Shown: positions 16,449 to 25,978 of the stretch, one piece after another
How the letters are laid out: the number at the start of each line of letters is the position of its first letter
How positions within the stretch are numbered: position 1 is the stretch's first letter
Source of the DNA: an uncultured Clostridia bacterium
GTDB taxonomy: Bacteria; Bacillota; Clostridia; Christensenellales; UBA3700
Direction of reading: 5' to 3'
DNA: 30,524 nucleotides
NCBI GenBank assembly: GCA_947176975.1
Contig: CAMWSW010000001.1
Span: forward strand, 1 to 30,524
Notes under the pieces: model-generated
Told to the model about the DNA's origin: nothing
Seen by the model: only the letters and a program-made list of their open reading frames with translations
Databases searched by the model: none
Program-made: the position numbers and the translations under genes

Positions 16449-17371
16449 TGGATAGTGTCGCGGTGTTGTTGAGTACGTATAACGGTGAAAAATTTCTTAA
16501 TGAGCAACTTGACAGTATCTTAAACCAAAGCGGAGTTGCTGTTGAACTATTTATTCGCGATGACGGCTCAAAAGATTCAACTTTGGGATTGCTTGCGACT
16601 TATGCGGAAAAGTATAAGAACATACACTTATTTTTTGAGCAAAACGTTGGCGTGGGCAACAGTTTTATGAATTTGTTATATTCAGTCGGGGCAGAATACG
16701 ATTACTATTCCTTTGCTGATCAAGACGATATTTGGGAAGAAAGCAAACTGTCGGAAGCTGTTTCAATGCTCGCTCAAAACGCTAAGGTCTTGTATGCGTC
16801 CAATCAAGAGTGTGTGGATAAATATGGTAATTCGCTGGGTTTGAGGTATGGCATCGACAGCGAGATTCATCTTGATCCTATTGCAATTTTGGAGAAGAAT
16901 ACGTTGGCGGGTTGTACTATGGTTTTTAAGCGGGAGTTGTATGATATCATCACGGTCAAAAACAGTCGACCTTCGGAGGAATTGTTGCGCAATAGGATTC
17001 ATGACGTATGGTTGGCTATGACAGCATCTATTAACGGCGGAATAATCTATGACGAGCGCTCGTTCATTAAATATCGTCAGCATGAAAATAACGTCGTTGG
17101 CGCATATGAGGACGGCATTACAAAAAAAATCAAAGAAAAAACAAAAAAAGTTTTTAAAAAAAAGTTTCGCAACGGTAGGAGTTGGTTAGCAAAAGAAATA
17201 CTCGAAAAGTTTCCTGAGCAAGCAAAGAATTTTCCGTTGATAAAAGTATGCGCGGATATAAATACTTTTAGCGGAAAAAGTAGAATAATGAAGAACAACA
17301 AATTGCTTCGTTCGTATACCAAAGAGAGCTATTTCGGTTTTATGATGAAAGTAGCATTGGGATATTTTTAA
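16448..17371 (+). CDS. GT2 glycosyltransferase (RgpB-like putative rhamnosyltransferase)
   Basis: VLLSTYNGEKFL, IRDDGS, FADQDDIW, GCTM, HDVW and YRQHENNVVG. Confidence 0.85.
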   Translation: MDSVAVLLSTYNGEKFLNEQLDSILNQSGVAVELFIRDDGSKDSTLGLLATYAEKYKNIHLFFEQNVGVGNSFMNLLYSVGAEYDYYSFADQDDIWEESKLSEAVSMLAQNAKVLYASNQECVDKYGNSLGLRYGIDSEIHLDPIAILEKNTLAGCTMVFKRELYDIITVKNSRPSEELLRNRIHDVWLAMTASINGGIIYDERSFIKYRQHENNVVGAYEDGITKKIKEKTKKVFKKKFRNGRSWLAKEILEKFPEQAKNFPLIKVCADINTFSGKSRIMKNNKLLRSYTKESYFGFMMKVALGYF

Positions 17372-17398
17372 GATAATAGGAGGAATACTCAAAATCTA

Positions 17399-18754
17399 AT
17401 GGCAGTACTGATGCTGGTAATTTTATTGGCGCTTTTGACGACAGCGTATTTTTGGGGCAAGCGGGATTTACTCTCGCCTTGGTTTTTGCTGTGCTTAGCC
17501 ATACTTGCATCGTATTTGATAGTTTTGCTGAACTATAATAATTGGGATGTTAAGATAAACGGTACTTTCGTACTTTATATCACCACAGCGTTGATTTCTT
17601 TCGGTATCGGGGCTTTTGTTGTTAAGATATTTTCGCCGAGTAAACTCGTCACAGCAACGCACTTGGAAAGAGTATCGTTGAAAAAGGAATTGCCAAGTAA
17701 ACGCTATCCGGAGATATTTTTTATCGTTGTTTCTGTGATTGCCGCAGTATTGTACTGTTGGAAGGTTTTATCCGACGTCGGAGGAAGCGGTTCGATAAGC
17801 GAAAGGATAAGACATATATATGACAGCGTTGTCGGAGGGTATTCTCCCGGCTTTGTTTTTAATCAATGTCTTGAGTTGACTTTTGCAATAGCTTATATCA
17901 ATGTGTACAGGCTTTTTCAAGAAATTTATTCTCGATGTAGAGTAATAAGTATTTTGAATTTATTGATTCCAATATTAGTTTTTATTGTTGTAATTATGGT
18001 CTCATCGGATAGAAATATCTTTTTGAGATTTGCTATTTATTTTATTTGTTTGTTTGTACTTTTCTTTAGAGAGAATTCCAAGAAGAGAAACGTAAACAAA
18101 AGTATTGTCTTTAAAGTATCGATACTTCTCTTGATTCTCGTAATAATATTTTTCCTTTTAGGTAAAAGCAAACAGTACAGTTCGGGAATCTTTAAGTCGG
18201 TAAGCATATATGGCGGATCGGGACTTTATGATTTCAATTTGTGGATAGCGGATTTTGACCAGTCTCTTTTACATGGGCAGTCTACTTTCTCGGTATTTAT
18301 TACTATGTTCAATTCGATATTCGGACGTTTTGGATTTGTTTTGCCGAATGCAAACATTGACAGAATTGATGAGTTTATAGAATTTAGCGCGTCGAACGGA
18401 TACGTATTCAGTTCTAATATCTATACAGCTTTAAGACCTTATGTAGAAGATTTCGGATACTTCGGCGTCATACTGTTTCCATTTATAATAGGTATGTTTT
18501 ATCAGTGGCTTTTTGTTAAAATGAAAAAGAGTAAGTACGGATACAATTGGATTTTGTACTGTATGTTGATATATCCCATAGTATTCTTCCCGATATTGGA
18601 ACAGTTGATAAGAAGATTCCATCTCGGTTTCATTTACGAGATTGCTTGGGTTGCTATAGTTTATCATTTAGTATATGGGAATAAAGTGGTGCGTATTCAA
18701 GAAATGGGTACTGCAAAACAAGTAACTAAAACCGCTCAAAATGGAGGAGTGTAA
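17399..18754 (+). CDS. wzy: Wzy-type repeat-unit polymerase
   Basis: About 11 TM segments; SNIYTALRPYVEDFGYFG loop; sits inside the GT cluster. Confidence 0.75.
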   Translation: MAVLMLVILLALLTTAYFWGKRDLLSPWFLLCLAILASYLIVLLNYNNWDVKINGTFVLYITTALISFGIGAFVVKIFSPSKLVTATHLERVSLKKELPSKRYPEIFFIVVSVIAAVLYCWKVLSDVGGSGSISERIRHIYDSVVGGYSPGFVFNQCLELTFAIAYINVYRLFQEIYSRCRVISILNLLIPILVFIVVIMVSSDRNIFLRFAIYFICLFVLFFRENSKKRNVNKSIVFKVSILLLILVIIFFLLGKSKQYSSGIFKSVSIYGGSGLYDFNLWIADFDQSLLHGQSTFSVFITMFNSIFGRFGFVLPNANIDRIDEFIEFSASNGYVFSSNIYTALRPYVEDFGYFGVILFPFIIGMFYQWLFVKMKKSKYGYNWILYCMLIYPIVFFPILEQLIRRFHLGFIYEIAWVAIVYHLVYGNKVVRIQEMGTAKQVTKTAQNGGV

Positions 18755-18755
18755 A

Positions 18756-19496
18756 ATGAAGAATATAGGCGTCATTTTTGCAGGCGGCGTAGGCAGCCGA
18801 ATGAAAAGCAAAACAAAACCGAAACAGTTTTTGGAAATATACGGCAAACCGATAATGATACACACTTTGGAGCATTTTGAGAACAATGACGAAATAGATG
18901 CCGTAGTGATAGCTTGCGTGAAAGAATGGATACCCTATTTGGAAGAGCTATTATACAAATTTCGAATAGAAAAAGTTAAAAAAATTGTCGGAGGCGGAGA
19001 GACAGGACAGTTATCGATTTACGCGGGACTTAAGGCAGCTAAAGAGGTCGTAGGCAATGAAAATGCGATAGTACTTATACACGACGGAGTTCGACCGTTG
19101 ATAAATGCAAAACTTTTATCTGAAAACATAAGTTGCGTAAAAGAACACGGCTCTGCAATTACTGCCGGTATAGTGAAAGAGACGATCGTCGTGTTGAACG
19201 ACGACGGGGTCATAGAGCAAGTGCCTTCAAGAAAGAATTCCAGAGTGGCAAAGGCTCCGCAGAGTTTCTATTTGGACGATATACTTAACGTTCACGAAAA
19301 AGCCTTGAGCGACGGTTTGCGCGATTCTATTGATTCATGCACGCTCATGAAAATGTATGGATATACGTTGCATATGATAGACGGCCCATACGAAAATATA
19401 AAAATCACTACTCCCGATGATTATTATACTATGCGCGCCATAATGCAAGCAAAGGAAAATGCTCAAATATACGGATATGACGACCAAGAGGATTGA
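18756..19496 (+). CDS. IspD/TarI-family cytidylyltransferase (CDP-alditol synthesis)
   Basis: IFAGGVGSRM...PKQFL, LIHDGVRP and ENIKITTPDD; paired with a reductase next to licD. Confidence 0.88.
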   Translation: MKNIGVIFAGGVGSRMKSKTKPKQFLEIYGKPIMIHTLEHFENNDEIDAVVIACVKEWIPYLEELLYKFRIEKVKKIVGGGETGQLSIYAGLKAAKEVVGNENAIVLIHDGVRPLINAKLLSENISCVKEHGSAITAGIVKETIVVLNDDGVIEQVPSRKNSRVAKAPQSFYLDDILNVHEKALSDGLRDSIDSCTLMKMYGYTLHMIDGPYENIKITTPDDYYTMRAIMQAKENAQIYGYDDQED

Positions 19497-19500
19497 CAGT

Positions 19501-20490
19501 ATGAATGATTTTTCGGGCAAGCGAGTTTTGATAACGGGAGCAAGCGGTTTGATTGGCAAAGCGCTTACGCGTAAACTTTTGCAATACGGAGCAAAAGTAA
19601 TTGCAATGGTAAGAAACGAGCAAAAGGCTCGCGATGCGTTTTCCGATCTTGCCGAGGAGAATATCCAATATTTGGTAGCAGACGTGATGACGGCAGAGAC
19701 TAAAGATGTAGGCGCCGATTATATTATTCACGGAGCGAGTATAACGTCAAGTCGCGCTTTTATTGATGAGCCGGTAAACGTAATTATGGGTGCGGTCGCA
19801 GGGACTAAAAATTTGTTGGAAATAGCTCGCGTCAATAACGTAAAATCGTTTGTTTATCTGTCATCAATGGAGATTTACGGAATGCCGTCGGACGATGCGA
19901 AGATTTTGGAAAACAACGCGTCAAATTTGAACACAATGACACCGAGGTCGGGATATCCCGAAAGCAAGCGTTTGTGCGAGTGTCTATGCGCATCTTATGC
20001 GACGCAATACGGAGTACCGGCAAAAGTAGTTAGGTTGACTCAAACTTTCGGGCCGGGAGTTGCTTATGATGATTCGCGTGTTTTTGCTGAATTTGCCCGT
20101 TGTGCTTTGGAGCAACGGGACATAGTGTTGAAAACCAAAGGGGAGACAAAGAGGAATTATTTGTTTACGGAAGATGCAGCGGAAGCAATATTGACAGTAC
20201 TTTTACGGGGAGTCGTAGGAGAGGCTTATAATGCTGCGAACGAAGATACTTATTGCAGCATATACCAAATGGCTCAACTTGTGGCGAAAAATTTTGGTCA
20301 GGGAAAAGTCAAGGTCAGAATTGAAGAGGAAAAGGATATTTCACGTTTTGGATTTGCGCCTACATTAAAAATGAATCTTGACTGCAGTAAACTTAAGGCA
20401 TTGGGTTGGCAGGCGCAAGTTGGACTTGAAACGGCCTTTGAGCGCATGATAGAATATATGAAAAGTGTCAAATCGGGAAGGAGAGGTTAG
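19501..20490 (+). CDS. NAD-dependent epimerase/dehydratase-family reductase (Abp2-like partner of the cytidylyltransferase)
   Basis: ITGASGLIG, SSMEIYG, YPESKRLCE and RLTQTFGPG. GAGG RBS before the ATG at 19501 (alternative start 19477). Confidence 0.85.
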   Translation: MNDFSGKRVLITGASGLIGKALTRKLLQYGAKVIAMVRNEQKARDAFSDLAEENIQYLVADVMTAETKDVGADYIIHGASITSSRAFIDEPVNVIMGAVAGTKNLLEIARVNNVKSFVYLSSMEIYGMPSDDAKILENNASNLNTMTPRSGYPESKRLCECLCASYATQYGVPAKVVRLTQTFGPGVAYDDSRVFAEFARCALEQRDIVLKTKGETKRNYLFTEDAAEAILTVLLRGVVGEAYNAANEDTYCSIYQMAQLVAKNFGQGKVKVRIEEEKDISRFGFAPTLKMNLDCSKLKALGWQAQVGLETAFERMIEYMKSVKSGRRG

Positions 20491-20499
20491 AGCTATAAT

Positions 20500-21930
20500 A
20501 TGGCGCAACGTATTACTACCAAAAAATTTGCGAAGAACGTTTTAGTTTCCATAGGTACGCAAGTCATATCGATGGCAGTAAGTTTTTTACTGAGCTTAAT
20601 TGTACCTAAATACATAGGCAAGATTTCCTATGCCGATTGGCAAACTTATGTTCTTTATGTCGGTTACGTTGGCGTGTTGCATTTTGGGCTTCTAGACGGT
20701 ATAGTATTACGTTACGCGAAATACGATTATGAAGAATTAGATAAAGCCAGATTGCGTTCGCAGTTTACGATTTTGCTTGTATTTACGTCTATAGTCACGA
20801 TTTCGGTAGCAGCTATTTCGCTTTCGGTTTTGACTGGCTCAAATCGTTTGATTTTCGCGCTTGTAGCAGTAGGTGTAATAACAAAAAATATGGTAACGTA
20901 CGGCCTGTATATGTTGCAGATTACCAATCGTATTGGGAAATACGCAATATCGGTAATCGCGCAAAGATTGACTTACGGTATTGTGGTCGTAATTTTGCTG
21001 GCGCTGAGAGTAGATGATTTTGTTTGGTACTGCGTAGCGGATCTTTGCGGCGATTTTGCGGGAATAGTCGTCGGAATGTTCTTTAATCGCGGTTTGTATT
21101 TGGGACGCACTTTAGCGCCGAAAGAAGCTTTTAAGGAACTTGGGACAAATATAGCTTCGGGAATAGTTTTGATGATGGCCAACTGGTCGGCAATGCTAAT
21201 GGTCGGTAGCGCAAAAATGATAATACAGTGGCATTGGGATAAAATAACATTCGGACAAGTATCTTTTGCTTTTTCGGCGTCAAATGTTTTTTTGACTTTC
21301 ATTACGGCTATAAGCGTGGTACTATTCCCGTCGTTGAAAAGGATTGATCAGGAAAAACTACCTGTGATGTACAAAAAAATAAGAGAAATTCTTTCCCCAT
21401 TATTGTTTTTTGCAATGATATTTTATTTTGTGGGTTGCAAAATCTTAGAGGTATGGTTGCCGCAATATACTGACAGTTTGATTTGGTTGGGCGTATTGTT
21501 GCCACTAATAATCTATACCTCAAAAGTTAGTCTTCTCACAAATAATTATCTCAAAGTTTATCGCAAAGAGAAGACAATGCTGGTGGTCAATTTGATTTCA
21601 ATTGTCGTAGGTATATTGACATTTGTCTTGGGCGCGTACGTGTTTAATAATTTATATGTCGTCTTAGGCGGAGTAGTCTTTGTAATTATGCTTAATTCAA
21701 TATTGTCTGAGATATGCGTGCTGAGAATCATAAAGGTTAAAATAATCGCAGAGTTTATTGTCGAGGCCACGATGACATTGGCGTTTATACTTTGCGCGTG
21801 CCTGTGTAGCCGATTGGTTGGATTTTTGATATATCTCGGAGCGTTCGCTATATACTGTTTGATTAATTATAAGTCTATATTGTCTAATCTAAAAAACATA
21901 TTTAAACGAAAGAGAGGTGAAAATTTATGA
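20500..21930 (+). CDS. wzx: Wzx flippase
   Basis: About 12-14 TM segments; N-terminal [17 protein letters not shown]; [13 protein letters not shown]; VLFPSLKR. Confidence 0.85.
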   Translation: MAQRITTKKFAKNVLVSIGTQVISMAVSFLLSLIVPKYIGKISYADWQTYVLYVGYVGVLHFGLLDGIVLRYAKYDYEELDKARLRSQFTILLVFTSIVTISVAAISLSVLTGSNRLIFALVAVGVITKNMVTYGLYMLQITNRIGKYAISVIAQRLTYGIVVVILLALRVDDFVWYCVADLCGDFAGIVVGMFFNRGLYLGRTLAPKEAFKELGTNIASGIVLMMANWSAMLMVGSAKMIIQWHWDKITFGQVSFAFSASNVFLTFITAISVVLFPSLKRIDQEKLPVMYKKIREILSPLLFFAMIFYFVGCKILEVWLPQYTDSLIWLGVLLPLIIYTSKVSLLTNNYLKVYRKEKTMLVVNLISIVVGILTFVLGAYVFNNLYVVLGGVVFVIMLNSILSEICVLRIIKVKIIAEFIVEATMTLAFILCACLCSRLVGFLIYLGAFAIYCLINYKSILSNLKNIFKRKRGENL

Positions 21931-22805
21931 AAGGAATAATTCTTGCAGGCGGAAGCGGAACTAGGCTTTATCCCTTGACGAAAGTCACAAGCAAACAATT
22001 ATTGCCAGTCTATGACAAACCTATGATCTTTTATCCGTTGTCTACGCTTATGCAAGCTAATATAAGAGACATTCTCCTCATCTCGACGCCTACAGATTTA
22101 CCCAATTTTGAAAGACTTTTGGGTGACGGAAGTCAATTTGGAGTTAATCTCAGTTATTGTGTGCAACCTTCGCCTGACGGATTAGCGCAAGCGTTTTTGC
22201 TTGGAGAAGATTTTATAGGCGGAGACTCATGCGCTATGGTGCTTGGCGATAATATCTTCTATGGTAATAATTTTCATGATTACCTTCAACGCGCGTTAAA
22301 AAATGCGGAAAACGGAAAGGCTACGATATTCGGTTATCACGTCAATGACCCACAGCGTTTTGGCATTGTAGAGTTCGATAAAAATCACAAAGTTTTGTCG
22401 GTCGAAGAGAAGCCTAAAAAACCAAAATCGAATTTTTGCATAACAGGGTTGTATTTTTATGATAATCGAGTTGTTGAATATGCAAAAAAAATCAAGCCGT
22501 CTAAACGTGGCGAGTTGGAAATAACCGATTTGAATCAACTGTATCTTGACGCGGATGATTTGAATGTGGAGCTTCTCGGCAGCGGTTTTGCTTGGCTTGA
22601 TACCGGAACAATGGACAGTTTGCTTGAAGCATCTGAGTTTGTACAAATGATGAGTAAGCGTCAGGCAATAACTATATCTGCGCCGGAAGAAATTGCATAC
22701 AACAACGGGTGGATTTCAAAGGAGCAATTACTTGTTTCGGCAGAACAATATGGAAAATCTCCGTATGGAGAGCATTTAAAGAAAGTTGCGGAGGGTAATA
22801 TATAA
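21927..22805 (+). CDS. rfbA: Glucose-1-phosphate thymidylyltransferase
   Basis: [18 protein letters not shown]...[13 protein letters not shown] and WLDTGT. Confidence 0.97.
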   Translation: MKGIILAGGSGTRLYPLTKVTSKQLLPVYDKPMIFYPLSTLMQANIRDILLISTPTDLPNFERLLGDGSQFGVNLSYCVQPSPDGLAQAFLLGEDFIGGDSCAMVLGDNIFYGNNFHDYLQRALKNAENGKATIFGYHVNDPQRFGIVEFDKNHKVLSVEEKPKKPKSNFCITGLYFYDNRVVEYAKKIKPSKRGELEITDLNQLYLDADDLNVELLGSGFAWLDTGTMDSLLEASEFVQMMSKRQAITISAPEEIAYNNGWISKEQLLVSAEQYGKSPYGEHLKKVAEGNI

Positions 22806-23833
22806 TGAAAAAAACTATTATAGTCACCGGAGGAGCCGGATTCATAGGTAGTAATTTTATATTCCATATGCTGGGTAAGTATACTGAGTACAGAATCGTG
22901 TGCTTGGATAAACTTACGTATGCGGGAAATTTGTCAACGCTCAAAAGTGCGCTTGATAATCCGAATTTCAGGTTTGTTAAAGCAGATATTTGCGATAGAG
23001 AAGCTGTGGACAAACTTTTTAAAGAGGAAAAACCCGATATTGTTGTCAATTTTGCGGCAGAAAGTCACGTTGACAGAAGCATCGAAGACCCGGGTATATT
23101 CTTGCAGACTAATATAATTGGAACGGCTGTTCTTATGGACGCTTGCAGAAAATACGGTATTGAGAGATACCATCAAGTATCTACCGACGAGGTATACGGC
23201 GATTTGCCGCTTGACCGTCCGGATTTGTTTTTTACCGAGACAACGCCAATACACACAAGCAGTCCTTATTCTTCAAGTAAGGCTTCGGCAGATTTGCTTG
23301 TGCTGGCATATCACAGGACTTATGGCTTGCCTGTGACAATCAGCCGTTGTTCCAATAATTATGGACCATATCATTTTCCTGAAAAACTTATTCCGCTTAT
23401 GATAGCAAATGCGTTAAACGATAAGCCTTTACCCGTATACGGAAAGGGTGAGAACGTACGCGATTGGTTGTACGTAGAGGATCACTGCAAGGCCATAGAT
23501 TTGATTATACACAAAGGAAAAGTCGGAGAGGTATATAACGTGGGCGGACATAACGAAATGAAAAACATCGATATTGTTAAACTCATTTGCAAAGAACTTG
23601 GGAAGCCCGAAAGTCTTATTACTTACGTAACTGATAGAAAAGGTCACGATTTACGCTATGCAATCGATCCTACAAAAATTCATAATGAGCTTGGATGGCT
23701 TCCGGAAACAAAATTTGAAGAAGGAATTAAGAAGACAATCAAGTGGTATCTTGCTAATCGCGAGTGGTGGGAAACGATAATTTCCGGAGAATACCAAGAT
23801 TATTATAAAAAAATGTACGGGGATAAGAAATAA
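22805..23833 (+). CDS. rfbB: dTDP-glucose 4,6-dehydratase
   Basis: VTGGAGFIGSNF, NFAAESHVDRSI, STDEVYG and YSSSKA. Confidence 0.97.
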   Translation: MKKTIIVTGGAGFIGSNFIFHMLGKYTEYRIVCLDKLTYAGNLSTLKSALDNPNFRFVKADICDREAVDKLFKEEKPDIVVNFAAESHVDRSIEDPGIFLQTNIIGTAVLMDACRKYGIERYHQVSTDEVYGDLPLDRPDLFFTETTPIHTSSPYSSSKASADLLVLAYHRTYGLPVTISRCSNNYGPYHFPEKLIPLMIANALNDKPLPVYGKGENVRDWLYVEDHCKAIDLIIHKGKVGEVYNVGGHNEMKNIDIVKLICKELGKPESLITYVTDRKGHDLRYAIDPTKIHNELGWLPETKFEEGIKKTIKWYLANREWWETIISGEYQDYYKKMYGDKK

Positions 23834-24696
23834 TGAAAGTATTAGTCACGGGAGTTAAAGGACAACTCGGATTCGACGTTGTAAAAGAGCTTGAAAAGCG
23901 CGGGCAAGAGGCGATAGGCGTTGATGTTGAAGAAATGGACATAACTGACAAACAGCAAGTAAGCGATGTTTTACAACGCGTTAAACCCGATGCCGTCGTG
24001 CATTGCGCCGCATGGACGGCAGTGGATGCGGCAGAAGATAATGTCGATAAAGTGCGCCTCGTCAATGCTATAGGAACGGAAAATATCGCAAAGGAGTGCA
24101 AGAAACTCGGTTGCAAAATGATGTATATTTCTACAGACTATGTTTTTGACGGAAATGGTACGCAACCATGGAAACCTGATTGCAAAGATTATAAACCTTT
24201 AAACGTCTATGGTATGACCAAACTTGAAGGAGAGCTTGCCGTAGCGGAAAATCTTGAAAAGTTTTTTGTAGTACGAATAGCTTGGGTGTTCGGCAAGAAT
24301 GGCAATAATTTTATAAAGACGATGCTTAAAGTCGGTAAAACTCATGACGTGCTAAGAGTTGTCAATGATCAAATCGGTACGCCTACTTATACGTATGATT
24401 TGGCGCGTTTGCTCGTGGATATGATAGACACTGATAAATACGGTTTTTATCATGCAACAAACGAGGGAGGATATATCAGTTGGTATGATTTTGCTAAAGA
24501 AATATTTAAGCAAGCCGGATATTCTACTCAAGTAATTCCCGTAACTACTGCTGAGTATGGACTTTCTAAGGCGGCAAGACCTTTCAACAGTAGACTGGAT
24601 AAGAGCAAACTAGTAGAAAATGGATTTGAATTATTACCTACATGGCAGGATGCATTAAGCAGATATTTAAAGGAGATCAACAATGGGACAAATTAA
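23833..24696 (+). CDS. rfbD: dTDP-4-dehydrorhamnose reductase
   Basis: VTGVKGQLG, HCAAWTAVD, STDYVFDG, YGMTKLEGE and DQIGTPT. Confidence 0.96.
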   Translation: MKVLVTGVKGQLGFDVVKELEKRGQEAIGVDVEEMDITDKQQVSDVLQRVKPDAVVHCAAWTAVDAAEDNVDKVRLVNAIGTENIAKECKKLGCKMMYISTDYVFDGNGTQPWKPDCKDYKPLNVYGMTKLEGELAVAENLEKFFVVRIAWVFGKNGNNFIKTMLKVGKTHDVLRVVNDQIGTPTYTYDLARLLVDMIDTDKYGFYHATNEGGYISWYDFAKEIFKQAGYSTQVIPVTTAEYGLSKAARPFNSRLDKSKLVENGFELLPTWQDALSRYLKEINNGTN

Positions 24697-25294
24697 AGTT
24701 GAAAAGAACGTTGGCGGTATAGAAGGATTGTATATCATAGAGCCGTCTGTTCACGGCGACAATCGCGGATATTTTATGGAAACTTACAATAAGCGCGATA
24801 TGGAAGAGGCAGGACTTAATATAAATTTCGTGCAGGATAATCAGTCAATGAGCGTTAAAGGCGTTTTGAGGGGATTGCATTTTCAGAAAGAGTATCCGCA
24901 AGGCAAACTTGTCCGCGTTATAAAAGGCAGTGTATTCGACGTAGCTGTTGATATGCGTAAGGGTAGTAAGACGTATGGCAAGTGGTTTGGAGTCGAACTT
25001 ACTGAGGAAAACAAAAAGCAATTTTATATTTCTGAAGGCTTTGCGCATGGTTTTTTGGTACTTTCGGATATTGCTGAATTTTGCTATAAAGTGACTGATT
25101 TTTATCACCCCGGCGACGAAGGCGGTATTGCATGGAATGATCCGAGTATTGGAATCAATTGGGGAGTAGAAGGAGACTACAAAGGCACTGCCGATCCGCA
25201 AGGATATACGCTTAAAGACGGTTCGCCTATTATCATGAGCGATAAGGACAAAAAATGGTCGTCTCTTATTGAAAAGGATAATGTATTACAATGA
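24683..25294 (+). CDS. rfbC: dTDP-4-dehydrorhamnose 3,5-epimerase
   Basis: HGDNRGYFME, VQDNQS, VLRGLHFQ and GFAHGF. Confidence 0.96.
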   Translation: MGQIKVEKNVGGIEGLYIIEPSVHGDNRGYFMETYNKRDMEEAGLNINFVQDNQSMSVKGVLRGLHFQKEYPQGKLVRVIKGSVFDVAVDMRKGSKTYGKWFGVELTEENKKQFYISEGFAHGFLVLSDIAEFCYKVTDFYHPGDEGGIAWNDPSIGINWGVEGDYKGTADPQGYTLKDGSPIIMSDKDKKWSSLIEKDNVLQ

Positions 25295-25350
25295 AATAAT
25301 ACAATTGAATAGATTGCAGGTATTTAATTAAAGAATATTTATAAAATTAT

Positions 25351-25373
25351 GCGCCCTAATAAGGGCGCTTTTT
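25351..25373 (+). terminator. Intrinsic terminator of the polysaccharide operon
   Basis: GCGCCCT-AATA-AGGGCGC followed by TTTTT. Confidence 0.8.
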
Positions 25374-25394
25374 CTATATACTCATAGTACGATA

Positions 25395-25512
25395 TTAATC
25401 CTTCCTTTACAATAACGCTGCCAAATGGACCGCCTTCCTATGCAGCTACTTCCATTTCAGCTTCGCGAATTGCTATTTTCATAAATTCATTCATATGGTC
25501 GGCAATAACCAT
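25395..25512 (-). pseudogene. 5' remnant of a zinc nucleoside/guanine deaminase (GuaD-like) gene
   Basis: Manual translation MVIADH-MNEFMKIAIREAEMEVAA*EGGPFGSVIVKEG matches the family N-terminus (M..Ai.eA...GGPFG.VIVKdG). In-frame TAG at 25438-25440; similarity ends before the HxE/PCxxC motifs. Confidence 0.7.
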
Positions 25513-25547
25513 AGTTTTTAGTTAATTATAGTATTCATGAATAATAC

Positions 25548-25580
25548 AAAATACGAACTCGCTTGCCTGCGGGTTCGTAT
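25548..25580 (-). terminator. Terminator downstream of tRNA-Ser
   Basis: ATACGAACTCGC/GCGGGTTCGTAT stem (one G-U pair) with a T-run on the minus strand. Confidence 0.7.
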
Positions 25581-25586
25581 CTCTTA

Positions 25587-25676
25587 TGGCAGAGAGTGAG
25601 GGATTTGAACCCTCGGAACGGTTTGCCGTTCACACGATTTCCAATCGTGCGCCTTCGACCACTCAGCCAACTCTCT
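25587..25676 (-). tRNA. tRNA-Ser(GGA)
   Basis: Acceptor stem AGAGAGT/ACTCTCT, discriminator G and encoded CCA; anticodon arm CACGA-TTGGAAA-TCGTG; long variable arm GAACGG/CCGTTC; GGTTCAAATCC T-loop. 90 nt. Confidence 0.97.
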
Positions 25677-25700
25677 ATATGAAAATATTAAGGTACTGTG

Positions 25701-25729
25701 ATAATAACACAAAAATTATCTTTTGGCAA
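25701..25729 (-). promoter_or_regulatory. sigmaA promoter of tRNA-Ser: TTGCCA-17-TGnTATTAT
   Basis: Plus strand TGGCAA at 25724-25729 and ATAATA at 25701-25706. Confidence 0.65.
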
Positions 25730-25978
25730 GCAATTTAATTGATTAAAATGGGTAAAATATAATTATACGCAAAGAGATGTTTGGCGAAGAAGAGAGTAAT
25801 TGATAGGGCAAGAGGCGCGCATAAGGAAAATATTTTGTATATTTATTAAGATAAATGTAAAATTTTGCATAAATTTTTACTAAAAACGAAAACATTAAGC
25901 AATTTATGATTGCATATTTGGGATTGGCAGTGTTATACTATTCTTGAATTTTAATGGAATCGTGTCTATGGAGGGATT

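Noticed and set aside
17122-17163. Two A8 tracts in the GT2 gene as phase-variation sites
   Set aside because: They are short, in frame and explained by a Lys-rich amphipathic helix in AT-rich DNA; read-level length variation would be needed.
18756-19496. MEP-pathway ispD, given ispE nearby
   Set aside because: It is paired with an SDR reductase and LicD inside the glycan operon and has no ispF; CDP-alditol synthesis fits better.
25370-25379. TTTTCTATAT also present at 10530, as a possible target-site duplication bracketing the glycan locus
   Set aside because: A 10-bp low-complexity AT-rich match is likely by chance, and one copy is part of a terminator U-tract.
25587-25676. tRNA-Ser as an integration site (attR) for the glycan island
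   Set aside because: No duplicate of the tRNA 3' end was found by eye elsewhere in the window and there is no integrase; the tRNA has an intact terminator.
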